The notes under the pieces: generated by a model
The model's input: only the letters and a program-made list of their open reading frames with translations
Told to the model about the DNA's origin: nothing
Databases searched by the model: none
Source of the DNA: Craspedostauros australis
Lineage: Eukaryota
Length of the DNA stretch: 44,700 bases
Direction of reading: 5' to 3'
NCBI GenBank assembly: GCA_030167865.1
Contig: JALAGF010001873.1
Location: forward strand, 1 to 44,700
Made by a program: the position numbers and the translations under genes
Part shown: piece by piece, positions 33,022 through 44,426 of the stretch
Position numbering within the stretch: position 1 is the first letter of the stretch
Layout: every line of letters starts with the position of its first letter

Positions 33022-35084
33022 CTTGATTCTCAGTGTCCCTGCGCTGGCGGCCGTACCTGTAGCTGTGCTTGCGACGTCCCCAAGTCAATTGATGAAGCGG
33101 CTTTGCACCTGCGTGAGCGTGTTGGGGAAGACGAAAACCACCGACGATGAGGCTTGACGGTGAGGCTGAGCTATGAGTGCGTGAAACCCAACACTACACG
33201 ACGTTGATGCTGTGACTGCAATCCTCTGACTGCAGCACGCCGTTGGTCTCGGCTGAGCGGTCATCGCATGTGTACGTATGTACCATACTACGCTTCGATC
33301 ACTCCACACGCTTCCGCGTGAGAGAAGAGAACGTGGCCCATCGTACGCGTTGTTCCCTCCAAAACCTGAGGGATATGCGCACACACACAGCACTATCGTG
33401 TGGCGTTGTCATCACCACCACTCGCTGGCTGAAGCATTCCTGTTGCCGCGGAAGCGTGACAAAGAGCGAAATGCAATGCCACGGATTGTTTTGAATGTTT
33501 CATTCGCTACTGTATCCACATCACGAGAATGAGGTTACCGTCATCGTGTTGACTCCGGATGCGCAGTTTCTGTGTGTTGTTGTTGTTCGACGCATTCTGC
33601 GTGTTGCGTTTCCACCTTTCTCGTTGCAACGAAAGCCATTTGTGACATGAAAGATACGAATGTACCGAATCGCATGAGTCAATAGTCATCAACGATCTCT
33701 TCGACTGAAGTTTCGCGATGACTCGGATGGAAAACCCCAAACAAGAGCCAAGTCTTGACAAGTTCCGATAATTTGTTGGCAACGGGTCTGCCACAACGGC
33801 GACCGTTTCGCCGTTGGCCGTTATTGTGTGGGTTGTTGAAACTTGGCGTGGGCGGCTTCGACGAAAACAAGAATCAGCGCGAGTCTCCGACCTGTTGCAA
33901 TTGGCACAGTCGACCCGTTTGCCCATTTTTCAATTTGGGTTGATGGCGTTTGAGAAAGGCATCTCCAAGACTGCCACCCAACGGAGGTAAAAAGGGGGTC
34001 CGCATCGGAAAGAGAAACGGAGAACGGTGGACCATGCGCAAGGAGGAGACGGGTGCGAGTGCGAAAGTGCAGACCAAGTTTGTCGGGCTCATAGAAAAGA
34101 GAGGCGGAGGGAGGCCCAAGGAGGAAGAGAGAAGCGTCGATCGTGTGACGCCAGCAATGGTGGAGCAGCGAGTGAAAGGTTGATCGTTTCCATAATCGCA
34201 ATCATCATCACAACGAACATCAAATAGGAGTGCAATAGAGTATCACAACAAGGGATCAACCTGAACCAGCGCCAACGACATCAACCAACATCAACAACCA
34301 ACAATAACCAACCACGACATCCAACGAAGACCGTATCCACGACAACATCAACTCCCTCCAACAATTGGAACGAAGAAGCCAAGCCAGAGCCAAGCCAGAG
34401 CCAAGCCAAAAGCCGAGCCAAATCCTTCCAGCGATCGTACTCACACAATCGTCCGGAGTTCTCATCAGTTCTCAAACGCACAACAACAGAACGCGCCCTT
34501 GTCACAGTCTTTTACAAGCAAGACCACACAGAGACACGCAACAAAGACAAAATCATTCCCGTTCTTCATCAAAACACAGAAACCGGCCAGTTCAACAACA
34601 CATACTGCACATCCACAGCGCACCTTCATCAACGACCGTATCCCGTACTTTCTCGCGACGAGCGGAGTAGTATCATCGTGTACCATCGTCACCAAAGCAG
34701 TTGTGATAAGACATCAACATCAACATCATCGCGCTGCTCGTTGCCACCAACCTTGTGAGCTGCTCCATCTCTTCGCACTCGCTCAACACGCATTCAACAC
34801 TCACAAAGAGACAACCAGACAGAGATCACTGGACCGTATCTAGTTCCAAAGCATACTCTTCAATCACGCCGCTCAGTACTTGTACTCTGTTATCAAGCAC
34901 AACCACAAGGACAAGGACAAACACGGAGCCAACGCAAATCCGCCATTCGGGTCTTTGGTACCATTTGCAGCACTCTACGATACAGCCCATCAACACCAAC
35001 AGCGTTTGGGTCGTACGCCATACCAAACTGCACAAACCATCACAATCACAAGCAATCACAATCACAAGCAATCACACAATTGCC

Positions 35085-36080
35085 ATGTGTCCTCCATCGC
35101 GCAGTCCCATCATCTACGCTACCATCCCGAGCATCACAACCACCAACACTGGTGGAAGCAGCACAAGCAGCAGCCACAGCAACAACAGCAGACGACGAAG
35201 CCAGCACAGACAGCAGCAGCGACGGAAACAACGGAAACAACGGAAAGAACAAAAGAAGAACATGGGCGACATCATCACACACCGCGTCGCGGCAGTGACA
35301 TCAGCAGTGACTTCAGCTGCAGCAAGCCTGGCTCCGCTCACAGCCTGCTCATCCACCACAATGCTCTCATCGGCACTTCCATCACCAATGTCATCACCTA
35401 TATCATCATCATTGTCATCATCACACCCGCAGTCACCATCATCAAAGCCGAAGAAGGCCGTCCGATTCAACGAGGATCGACAGGTGCGCGTCTTTGCTCG
35501 AACGAACCTGTCTTCCAAACCGCATCTCTGGTATTCACCGGAAGACACGGACCGCTTCCTCGAGAAGGAGTCCTGCAGAGAGTACAGATCGACCGAAGCG
35601 CGCACGTACAACACACGACGACGCATCCTCTTCCATTACCGAACGCTCAAGGCCATGGGATCCGACGAGACCTCCTTGCCATCCGTTTGCAGAGACTGCA
35701 GCAGCCGCGATCGCAAACGCGCGCATCAGAAGGCCGTCAAGCTGGCTCAGCAGGTGCACACGTACTGTGGCAACCTACCGCTGTCCGTTCCAACTTGCGA
35801 GGACGTCGCTCTGACCACGGTCCTGGACGATTCCGCGACCTGCAAACCGACACACATCGCGCAGCCGTCCTCGATCGATTTCACGGTCGTTGACACGTTC
35901 ATTTCGTACTTTTACGACGTTCTGGGTATGGCCAATTGCCACAAATCGACGACGACGCAACCATCACCAAAGCGGCAACAACCGCAGCAGGAAGAACAAC
36001 GACAAGAAGAACCACACATAGAATGCAGCCGAGTAGGTGATGATCTGGAGGGAAGGATCATTGAAATTCGATCGGAGTAG
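35085..36080 (+). CDS. Hypothetical protein with KKAVRF...LWYS motif (possible PP1-docking RVxF), about 331 aa
   Basis: Long ORF with a gccATG start after a CAATCA-repeat leader. S/T/Q low-complexity N-half, then KKAVRFNEDRQVRVF...HLWYSPED and a basic helix. The start could alternatively be the Met of MGDII. Confidence 0.65.
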   Translation: MCPPSRSPIIYATIPSITTTNTGGSSTSSSHSNNSRRRSQHRQQQRRKQRKQRKEQKKNMGDIITHRVAAVTSAVTSAAASLAPLTACSSTTMLSSALPSPMSSPISSSLSSSHPQSPSSKPKKAVRFNEDRQVRVFARTNLSSKPHLWYSPEDTDRFLEKESCREYRSTEARTYNTRRRILFHYRTLKAMGSDETSLPSVCRDCSSRDRKRAHQKAVKLAQQVHTYCGNLPLSVPTCEDVALTTVLDDSATCKPTHIAQPSSIDFTVVDTFISYFYDVLGMANCHKSTTTQPSPKRQQPQQEEQRQEEPHIECSRVGDDLEGRIIEIRSE

Positions 36081-36502
36081 AGGGGCGACGACACGCCACC
36101 AATAGAGACATGTACGAATGAACGTACCGCAATAAATTGTAAATATGTAACAATAATGTAAGTAAAGCAAAGCACTAAGCGAACAACACACGATTATAGT
36201 GGAGCATTGCGCAATCGTGGCTCGTACGGAGTGTGGGAAGAGGCTGGCCCCAGTATGGTACGATCGTCTGACAGTCCACGAGTGCGATCACCATTCCATT
36301 TCGATCCATCGTGGTCTCTCTTCACCCCCACAACATTCCAATGAAACGGGATGGACGAGACAACGCACGCCACGCTGCTCGTACGAGTATTACTATACCA
36401 GCACAACCAAACATTCAAATTGTTCCGTTGGGTTGCTCCAAAATTGGCCACGCTGTGGCGAAACAAAAGCAACACGGTTCTTACAAACGTAGTGTAGTGT
36501 GT

Positions 36503-38044
36503 TTATTCCTGCGTTACCAACATCGTACTGCGCCACCCGCGATGCACGGATGCGATGGCACAACCTTGCACATCCCACATGGGTGCAAATGTGGAATGCA
36601 ACTGCAATGACTTGGCCTGCCACAGATGGGCCTGATGCACGTCGTTGTTGCGATCGACGATCGTCGTGCGATCCTGGTGGGCCTCGAACTGCTTGTACGG
36701 CATGGGTTGCGGTGGCATCAGCTCGATGGGGTCAGACAGCACGGCGTGGTCGGCGGTCAGGCCGATGCCGTAGACGCTGCCATCCTCGAAGAGGATGGAG
36801 AGGTGGTGGGATCCGCAAGATATTTGGAGGACGGGATGGTGCGTTGGCAGCGTCTCGAGCCGTTCGGGCAAGGGGATGTCAGACAGTTTGCCGTCCACGG
36901 TCTTCATGTTCTTGCCCCACAAGTAGACCTCGTTGTCAGACGTCAGCAGGGCCCCGTGGTACATGCCGGTTGCGATCTGGATTGCGTTCCTGCGGTTCCA
37001 TACCACGCCGGCGTATTCGTCTTGATCGGACTGCAACTCCCGACCTAACTGGCCTCGGCTGCCCTTGCCCCAGCTGTAGACGTTGCCTGTGGAGGATAGC
37101 GCGAGTCCGTGTTGCAAACCCAAGCACACATCCACCATGGGCTCTTCCTGATCCGTGCGATCATTGGCGGATCCACCGAGCTTCGATGACGCTGATGGCG
37201 ATGTTGACGCAGATGCTGCTGCTGCACCGCCTTGTACGGACGTCAATCCCACGACACGTCGCGGCAACCACACATTGTTATCAATCGAACCGACACCGCA
37301 TTGACCACGGTTGTTCAACCCGAACGTGTACAGCATCCCGGATTTCCCAATCACGGCGGTCACACCCGCATTCGCCGCAATCACTGACGCTTCGTTGCGC
37401 GGTTCCGACGGCAGCTCGATCTCCGTCCAATCCGCCAAGAAGGTGTGATCGCGCGCGTATTGCCACGTCGTCTTGCTCTGCGACGGATGCTCCGTGCCGC
37501 TGCCCGTCGCGAATCCGATGATGGACGACACGACGGAATTGGAGTCGTAGTGCGCTTTCGTGTTGATGCGCTGCGCGATCCAACCCCGCACCACGGACGG
37601 CAATCGATTCAAGCGCAGCAGGCTCTGAAAGTCGTGGGGTCGTCCGATGCAGTGCACGCGGCTGGTGTCGGCATCGAGGATGACGGTGTGCCCCCATCCG
37701 GTTGCCACCTGCTGCACGCGGCCGTCGTAGATCTTCTGCGGCGGATTCTGCATCAGCATCTCCATGCTCTCGCTGGTTTCCTGCATATCCTGATGGCCCG
37801 GAATGAAGGCATTGCAAAAGCGCTCGCCCATGGCGCCCGTCCAGCCCTCGCCGACGGCGTACACGGCCATGCTTCTTCGTTGTTCATGATGCAGACTTCC
37901 GTGCTTGGACAAATACCGAGCGCCGCCATGGCCACCATGAGGATCGTGACTGCCATGAGAGGTTGTGGTTGGGATCTTTGTGCGACGAGAAGCGCCTGCC
38001 CTGCGCAACCCGCGTTGCAGCAACGTTGCCCTGCCCATTATCAT
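36503..38044 (-). CDS. RCC1-repeat beta-propeller protein with a mitochondrial-type presequence (RCC1L/WBSCR16-like), 513 aa
   Basis: RCC1 repeats: VATGWGHTV, LYTFGLNNRGQCG, VCLGLQHGLAL...VYSWGKGSRGQLG, IATGMYHGALL...VYLWG, ISCGSHHL. The N-terminus is R-rich and acid-poor. Confidence 0.88.
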   Translation of the reverse strand: MIMGRATLLQRGLRRAGASRRTKIPTTTSHGSHDPHGGHGGARYLSKHGSLHHEQRRSMAVYAVGEGWTGAMGERFCNAFIPGHQDMQETSESMEMLMQNPPQKIYDGRVQQVATGWGHTVILDADTSRVHCIGRPHDFQSLLRLNRLPSVVRGWIAQRINTKAHYDSNSVVSSIIGFATGSGTEHPSQSKTTWQYARDHTFLADWTEIELPSEPRNEASVIAANAGVTAVIGKSGMLYTFGLNNRGQCGVGSIDNNVWLPRRVVGLTSVQGGAAAASASTSPSASSKLGGSANDRTDQEEPMVDVCLGLQHGLALSSTGNVYSWGKGSRGQLGRELQSDQDEYAGVVWNRRNAIQIATGMYHGALLTSDNEVYLWGKNMKTVDGKLSDIPLPERLETLPTHHPVLQISCGSHHLSILFEDGSVYGIGLTADHAVLSDPIELMPPQPMPYKQFEAHQDRTTIVDRNNDVHQAHLWQAKSLQLHSTFAPMWDVQGCAIASVHRGWRSTMLVTQE

Positions 38045-38660
38045 GGTGGTTACGGGTATTGCTTACTGCCTGCTGTCTCTGATGTCGATGGGCAGTTCAG
38101 CGGATCTCGATGTCCAATGCGAGCAGGTTGCGGAACAGAGTGTCATACAAACAGATTTGTGAGTTGTGATGGTCGCGCCGCAGCCACAAAAGATGCGTTT
38201 CCCAAACGACAACGATTTCGCGATTGGGAACAAGCGTTATAGTCGATTGAGTCATAAACGCGCACAACCCCAAACGTGGAAAACGGAACGGCTTTGATGT
38301 GAAAATGTGCGTTGAGATGTTGCTTTTCGCTTTGTGTCAGAGGGCACGCAAACAAGGCCTTTTTGATCGGGGTTCTCGAATACGACCTCTTGATAATCGT
38401 GATGTCTCCACTTTCTCCGATGAGAATGTCTCCTGATGCGTGCCTTTCTCTGCTCTACTCTATTTGTTAGTCTATTCCCTCCGTGATGTCGATTATTTGC
38501 TTGCTTGCTATGTCCATTCTATTCTATAATTCAATCTAGCATGCTATATGCGACCCTCAAGCACGGTCCGCTGGCCTACGTGACCATGGTGTCGTACGCG
38601 TATGGTATACCATACCATGCTACTATGCCATGGCTCTTTCGCGCTCTCTTTCGTTTCTTT

Positions 38661-39530
38661 CTAGAATGCCATTCTCTCATCGTAGGAGTAGTCGTCTCCA
38701 TCGTACTCCCAGGGGCCCTGTTCTGCTGCTTGTTCTGGCTGTTGCTGTTGCGCTGAATCTGCCACTGCTGCTGCCGTTTCTACTTGTTCGTGCAGCTGTT
38801 GTTCCTCCTTTGCTGCCGTCATGAGTTCCGAATATTGCGGCCACTGCATTTGGCAGAAGCTTTCCCATACGTCTTGGGCAACGACACTGTCGTGCTGATG
38901 GTACTGCTCCGTCTTGGCGCTGTGGATTGTCTTCTTGGAATCAGTTCCGGCGTAGATTGGAGAGCGTCCCCATCTATCTGTCTTGTTTCCTTCGTGCTCG
39001 ATGGACGGTGGCGTCCACAGGCAGATTGGTCGCTCTTGCTGCGAGAACATCATGGGGTTGCTGGCTTGTGGTTGGTTCTGATCGGCGCCGGCACCATCTT
39101 GGCTCAGCATGATTTGGTCCAGGACGTGCAGCGCTCGGCCGCACGAGGCACCCATGCGCGCCGTGTCCCTCTGCATGGGCCACGACAGCACCACGCCGCA
39201 GACTTGGTTCTGGTCCATGACGGCCCGCAGCTCGTTGAGCCCTTCGGCCGTGACCTTGGTCCGCTTGCGGCCTGCCAACGGTATCGATGGCAGGGTGCGG
39301 ACGGGCGCATGGGTCTCGTGCAGCGGCGGACGGAAGCCGTTGAAGCGGCCGGGGCCGATGCTCTGCGATGGATGAGGTGCCACGGCCAAGCCGATGGAAT
39401 CGGAATGCAATGTCATGGTGAGGATGGTTGCATTCCCCATCTGTCTCCAATCCAAGGCCGTCGCGACGTTCGACGGCTTGGTTAGGACGCTGTAGAGGAG
39501 GTTGGTCGCCTTCTGCATGGAGTGCGTCAT
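38661..39530 (-). CDS. YqgF/RuvX-like RNase H-fold protein, divergent, 289 aa
   Basis: ILTMTLHSDSIGLAVA resembles the first strands of YqgF (l-a-l-D-x-G-x-x-x-IGvAv). LNELRAVMDQNQVCGVVLSWPM...MGASCGR resembles the l...i....v..vVvGlPl..dG region. The family call is by eye only. Confidence 0.6.
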   Translation of the reverse strand: MTHSMQKATNLLYSVLTKPSNVATALDWRQMGNATILTMTLHSDSIGLAVAPHPSQSIGPGRFNGFRPPLHETHAPVRTLPSIPLAGRKRTKVTAEGLNELRAVMDQNQVCGVVLSWPMQRDTARMGASCGRALHVLDQIMLSQDGAGADQNQPQASNPMMFSQQERPICLWTPPSIEHEGNKTDRWGRSPIYAGTDSKKTIHSAKTEQYHQHDSVVAQDVWESFCQMQWPQYSELMTAAKEEQQLHEQVETAAAVADSAQQQQPEQAAEQGPWEYDGDDYSYDERMAF

Positions 39531-40430
39531 TGTGATGGTGGTTGTTCGCTGTTGGTTGCTTGCTATTGCTTCTTGTCTGTTATGTGGTGGTGGTGGTGGT
39601 GGTGGTGGTGTAGTCTTATTGTGTTGCAATGTTGGTGATGTGTTGTTGGTTGTGTTGAATTTGATTTTGTGAGGATGATTGTGCGATGGATGAAACCAGG
39701 CACAACGAGAGCGAGAGGTTTCATGCGGCCAACAACCAAGCGACAAAGAGCGAAAGAGCGAAAGAATGGAACGCGCTGAAATCGTTCTCGTGGAACCAGT
39801 GGGTAATCAGTGGTTGCGCGTAGCCACGAAATGTTTCACGAATCTCCAACTTCTTCAATCAACCGCGAAGAAGGACGAATCGCACGAAGAACGACGAATT
39901 CCGTCAAAAACTGCGCTGGTTGGCCGCACTCGTGGTGTGGAACAACCACAACTATCTTGTCATCGCCCGTACCGTAGATACGTCGCCCCTGCACAACACG
40001 AACCAATACGTGCCAACATGGGCTCGGTTTCGCAACTCTCCTCTCTTCCTCCTTGACTTACTTGTTGATGGCTTTCTCTCTCCTTGTGAAGACACATCAT
40101 GTCAAATCAAGGCTAAAATGTGAGTGACACGGGATCGCAAAGCAAGACATCACCCCACAACTCCCTTCTCCAATGTGCGATCGTGGGCAGTTCGCACGTT
40201 TCAAAGGCGCTCATGGGTGTCGTTGATGGTTCGTTGATGGTTCGTTGATGTTTTCGCGTCAACGTTGTGGTCGTGTGTCTTGTGTTGATGCGTGTAGTAC
40301 CATCTACGCGCAACACTACGCGCAACAGAGCTTCTCAATCAACTGCGCGTGGGCCTCGGAGTGTGTCATTCGTTTTGGGCGACGGTCATTTGCGACACGA
40401 TTCAGAACACGGTAGAGGAATCGCGCCCTC

Positions 40431-41474
40431 ATGTTGTTGTGCAGCGCAAACCTGCGTCGACAGTGCACGCAAATGCAGTGGTCGTTCCGAACCACTCGCA
40501 CAAGAGGCTTCGTATTCTACAACTGCCACAACCAAAGACAAAGCCACATCGCCGATTGCAAAGCTCAAGAGAGTGCCGATCCGATCCCTTCGCACACACT
40601 TGACACCAGTCATGTCGTCACATGGGACAATGGCAAGATTCACATCAAGAGGAAGACAGAAGGCGGCACGAAGCTTGGACAACAACAACAACAACAACAA
40701 CAACAACACCCGTCATCCAAATACTCTTTTGCGTGCGTACTCATGCCATAAGAGTTGGTGTGCGATGTCTTACACGATCTCCATACTCGTACGCAATGGA
40801 AAGACCGCACAAGAAATGACGTCTCTTGGTATTCATGCTCCCACGGCAATTGGATTCCGATGATGGCATACTATCGCAACAAGAGTGCATCTCTTGAAGT
40901 ACCGTGCCCTCCGGCGCACGAGTGGATCAATGAACGAGTGAAGGCCTGGGTGGACGAAGGAACCAAGCGTGCGATCAGGCAATCAAGAAGAGCCATGCGA
41001 TCTCCATCAAGCCAGCACGTGACCAATGGTCCGCGATGAGCGACCGCCAATCAGCACCTTCCATGGCAGCCCATGTCACGATCTTTCGCATTGGTTGTCA
41101 GCAATGCGTGCCCTGTGACGTACACACGAATGCCATGTGCATCTCATGTTCTCATTGATTCCGATCCTGGAGGCGGCAATGTCAAGATCCACATCAGGAA
41201 AGCATGTGCGGACGCTTTTGGGGAAATGGGTGAGATGGCCGATGTAATTTCCTCCTCCGATGGCAGTTGCATTCCCCAAACCAACGATCCAGAAGAGCGA
41301 TCCGTGCCATACGACCCCTATCAAGTCCGCCACGCGACCAAAGATCAGCAATCAATCGACATCCTCCATGTCAGCCCTTGTCACAATCTGTCGCGCGGCT
41401 TTGGAGGAACACGTACAACGCTACACTATCTTTATTTTGCTGTATTGCGCACGTTCTCATCAGCTTCACCTTGA
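40431..41474 (+). pseudogene. Possible decayed gene (START-like segment): one reading frame broken by TAA at 40749 and TGA at 41037
   Basis: Three listed ORFs (40431, 40755, 41073) share one frame. The segment ...FACVLMP*ELVCDVLHDLHTRTQW resembles START-domain p.e.v.dvl.D...R..W. Confidence 0.3.
40680..40706 (+). repeat. (CAA)9 microsatellite
   Basis: Read directly. Many similar CAA/CAAC/GA tracts occur in the window. Confidence 0.9.
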
Positions 41475-41894
41475 CATTGATTCGCATTGCTACTCTTGAG
41501 AGTATCTGTATCTTGGCACCAACCGTCCACCTGTGGTATGGCAGCGCATCAATAGTATATTTGAGTAGAGTAGACCTTTGCTTGCTTGTGTTGAAGGACC
41601 ACACTGTGAAAACTCTGAGCATCTATCTAGTCTACATTTAATACAAACTATATACGAACCTATACCAGTACCTTTTTGGTCGAACGAATCGTGTTTCGCA
41701 CAACCAACGAAAAAGGAAGTGCTGTTTCTTGGCAAAACGGCACTGCAGAGAATAACGCGACGGAACACGATGGTGCATCGACCTCCACAACGATCCACAG
41801 GATCATGGTCTGTGCCCATCTCTCACGTTCTGCCACCGTCCATCGTTCATTGTTCATCGTTCATCCATTGATTGATTCATACGGAAAGTACACG

Positions 41895-42401
41895 ATGGGC
41901 AAGCGCAAGAGGAAGAGCAAGTCCGGCAAGCGGGAGGAGGAAACCAGCATCTCGCCCACCAAACGCAGCAAAGATGACAGCCAACGTGACGACGATGTCG
42001 CAGCTGCCGAAAGCCAACCGCAGGAACAACCCAAGGACGACCGCAAGGCCCGCATGGCGCGGTTGCGACGCGAGATGCAGGACGAGGATCAGAGGCTCGC
42101 CGAATTGGAGGAGCGGCAGCACGAGCAGGCGCAGAAGAAGATCGAAGAGATGAACCGACCCAAACCGACGGAGAACATCATCCAGGTGAATCAGGACGAG
42201 ATCGAGGGTCTGGACGAGGAGGAGCAGATGAGGCGGTTGCTGGGATTTTCGGGCGGATTTGGTTCCACCAATGGTGAGGCCGTGGCCGACAATCAGAATT
42301 CGGCCGCGCGTGGTGTGTCGTCCAAGACCAAGGCGAGGAAGTACAGACAGTACATGAATCGCAAGGGTGGTTTCAATCGGGCGCTGGAGAAGATGGATTG
42401 A
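41895..42401 (+). CDS. SNRNP27: U4/U6.U5 tri-snRNP-associated 27 kDa protein, 168 aa
   Basis: Diagnostic C-terminus EEEQMRRLLGF.GGFGST.G..V...KARKYRQYMNRKGGFNRAL and a basic N-terminus. Confidence 0.92.
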   Translation: MGKRKRKSKSGKREEETSISPTKRSKDDSQRDDDVAAAESQPQEQPKDDRKARMARLRREMQDEDQRLAELEERQHEQAQKKIEEMNRPKPTENIIQVNQDEIEGLDEEEQMRRLLGFSGGFGSTNGEAVADNQNSAARGVSSKTKARKYRQYMNRKGGFNRALEKMD

Positions 42402-43442
42402 TCAGTTCTTTTCTTTCCACGGAAGCGCAAGCGGGCAAAGAGTGCGGCTGCGACGAGTATGGGTATGAGTGCATACGAGCATGTCACCGACGCCAAGCTG
42501 AGATCTGCAACAAATCAACAAACCATTCTTCATTCAACTCAGATTCTCGTCGATGGGTTGTGTGGCTGCTGAAATCAAGGCTTTCGCCACACTTGAACCT
42601 TCAAGTCGAAGTAGAAGTATTAGTACTCTGGCGTATGCGAGCTGCGTGACTGCCTACAAAACCGACTGCCTACTTGGAAGAGAGTTACATGGAGTACATA
42701 GATGTTGACTTGATGGAGTAAAGTGAATTGAAACCAAACGAAGTCGAGTAGAGTCGAATGGCACTTCGCGGGTATTTGTGTGGTGCGATGGCTCGTCCTC
42801 CAACGGTTTTCGCCAACTGGTTCTTGGTCTAGCTTCCGAGACACAAGGCTTCGATGGTCGTGCACAAGAATCAACAGCAAAACAGAGAACGGTCACAACA
42901 ACGCTGTGTGCCCACAAACACACACACCCAAATTCCAGGCGCGTTTCCACAGGAGCGGAAGACACAAAGAAGAGAAGGAAACAGAGAGAACACAACAGCA
43001 GCACTGCATCCAACAAAGGCCGTATTTGTATTGTTACAACCGACTATATTCTATCATACACTATCATACACAAATCAACAAAGCAACGAGCCATCTGGCC
43101 CATTGAACGTCCCTCTCTCGTATTACATTTGCATCTCACACGAGGCCAAGCAAGAACAGGACTTTATCCCCACTATTGCATTCTTGTTCGCATCAGCCCA
43201 ATCACAAAGCCAGCTTTCGCCAGGTCGCCACACGAGCTGCGCCCCCGTTCCTGTATTGACTCTATCCGTGGGCTCCGTCACACCACCTCGTCCACCAATC
43301 GGACGACTGGCCCTCCCAAGTCGCAATACCCAACTCTTTTGCACCCAGCTATTTCATATTGAGAGAGAGAGAGAGAGAGAGTTCTCACCATCACACGTAT
43401 TACATCATATATATTACATTATATTGCATCTCGCGCACAACC

Positions 43443-44426
43443 ATGGAACGATCCAGCTCTTTCGCACGATCCTTCTTCCAAGCCGGAGCAGGCGCTGGCA
43501 ATGACAATCCCTACGGATACGGAAACGCCGGCGGCGGACCAGGCGGAGGCCAAGGCGGACCAGGACAGCCGGGTGCAGGCGGCGATATGTTCGGAGGGCA
43601 GACCATGGGAACGCCGCGTGCGCAGCGCCGCCGATCCTCGCGACGTCGATCGCGCGGTGGCTTTGGCGGGACGTCGGATGCCAGCATGCTGCAAAGTGCC
43701 GCGGCGGCCGCTGCTGCATCCATGAACACGGTGGACGGCAATGAACCCACCAGCATGGCGGGCGGCGGCGGCTTCATGACGTCCAACAACGTGGCCGCCA
43801 ATCAGCAGCAGCCCACGGAGCGCCGCGGGCAGCAGCAACGGCAGCCATCGTGGTACCGCGAGGCGCTGCTGCAGGGCGGAGCGGCGGAGGACCTCAACGC
43901 CTTCCTGGGCGAGGCCTCCAATCTCGACGGCCCCAGCGTGGCGGACGACGAAGTTCTGGAGCAGTACCGCATCATGGCGCACATGGAAGCCAGCAAGCAG
44001 GTCAAGGAGAATATCGGCTTCGATCTGGCATCCTACGAGGAGCGGCGTCAGATGAATCCGGACAACGCATCGCGCGGGGACTACTCCAAGAAGCCGAAGC
44101 CGATCTTCCCCGAACCGCGCAAGCTCACGCCGGCCGCCAGCGCAGTGGGTGGCATCGTCGGCATGGGCGGCATCGGTGGCATGCAGGCGGAGGAACCACC
44201 GTTGCCACCACCGCGCGTCAACCGCCGATTCGTGGACCAGCGATCCTTGCGCGTGCCGGAGCTGTGCGCCGGCACCATGGTCAACGACAACGCATCAGCG
44301 CCGCCTGGCGAAGTGTTGGTGCAGTGCTTGGGCTGTCGGACGCAGTTGAGCGTCAAGCTGCTGTCATCACTGGTCAACTGTCCGAGATGCAAGACAGTCA
44401 GTCCGGCCACCACCACGAGGCATTAG
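43443..44426 (+). CDS. Hypothetical protein with a C-terminal LSD1-type zinc finger, 327 aa
   Basis: ATG in an accATGg context. G/Q-rich disordered N-terminus. C-terminal CLGC-RTQLSVKLLSSLVN-CPRC has the C-x2-C-x14-C-x2-C spacing of zf-LSD1. Confidence 0.8.
   Translation: MERSSSFARSFFQAGAGAGNDNPYGYGNAGGGPGGGQGGPGQPGAGGDMFGGQTMGTPRAQRRRSSRRRSRGGFGGTSDASMLQSAAAAAAASMNTVDGNEPTSMAGGGGFMTSNNVAANQQQPTERRGQQQRQPSWYREALLQGGAAEDLNAFLGEASNLDGPSVADDEVLEQYRIMAHMEASKQVKENIGFDLASYEERRQMNPDNASRGDYSKKPKPIFPEPRKLTPAASAVGGIVGMGGIGGMQAEEPPLPPPRVNRRFVDQRSLRVPELCAGTMVNDNASAPPGEVLVQCLGCRTQLSVKLLSSLVNCPRCKTVSPATTTRH

Noticed and set aside
34370..34425. (GAGCCAA/GCCAA) short tandem repeats
   Set aside because: Simple microsatellite-like sequence with no spacer structure.
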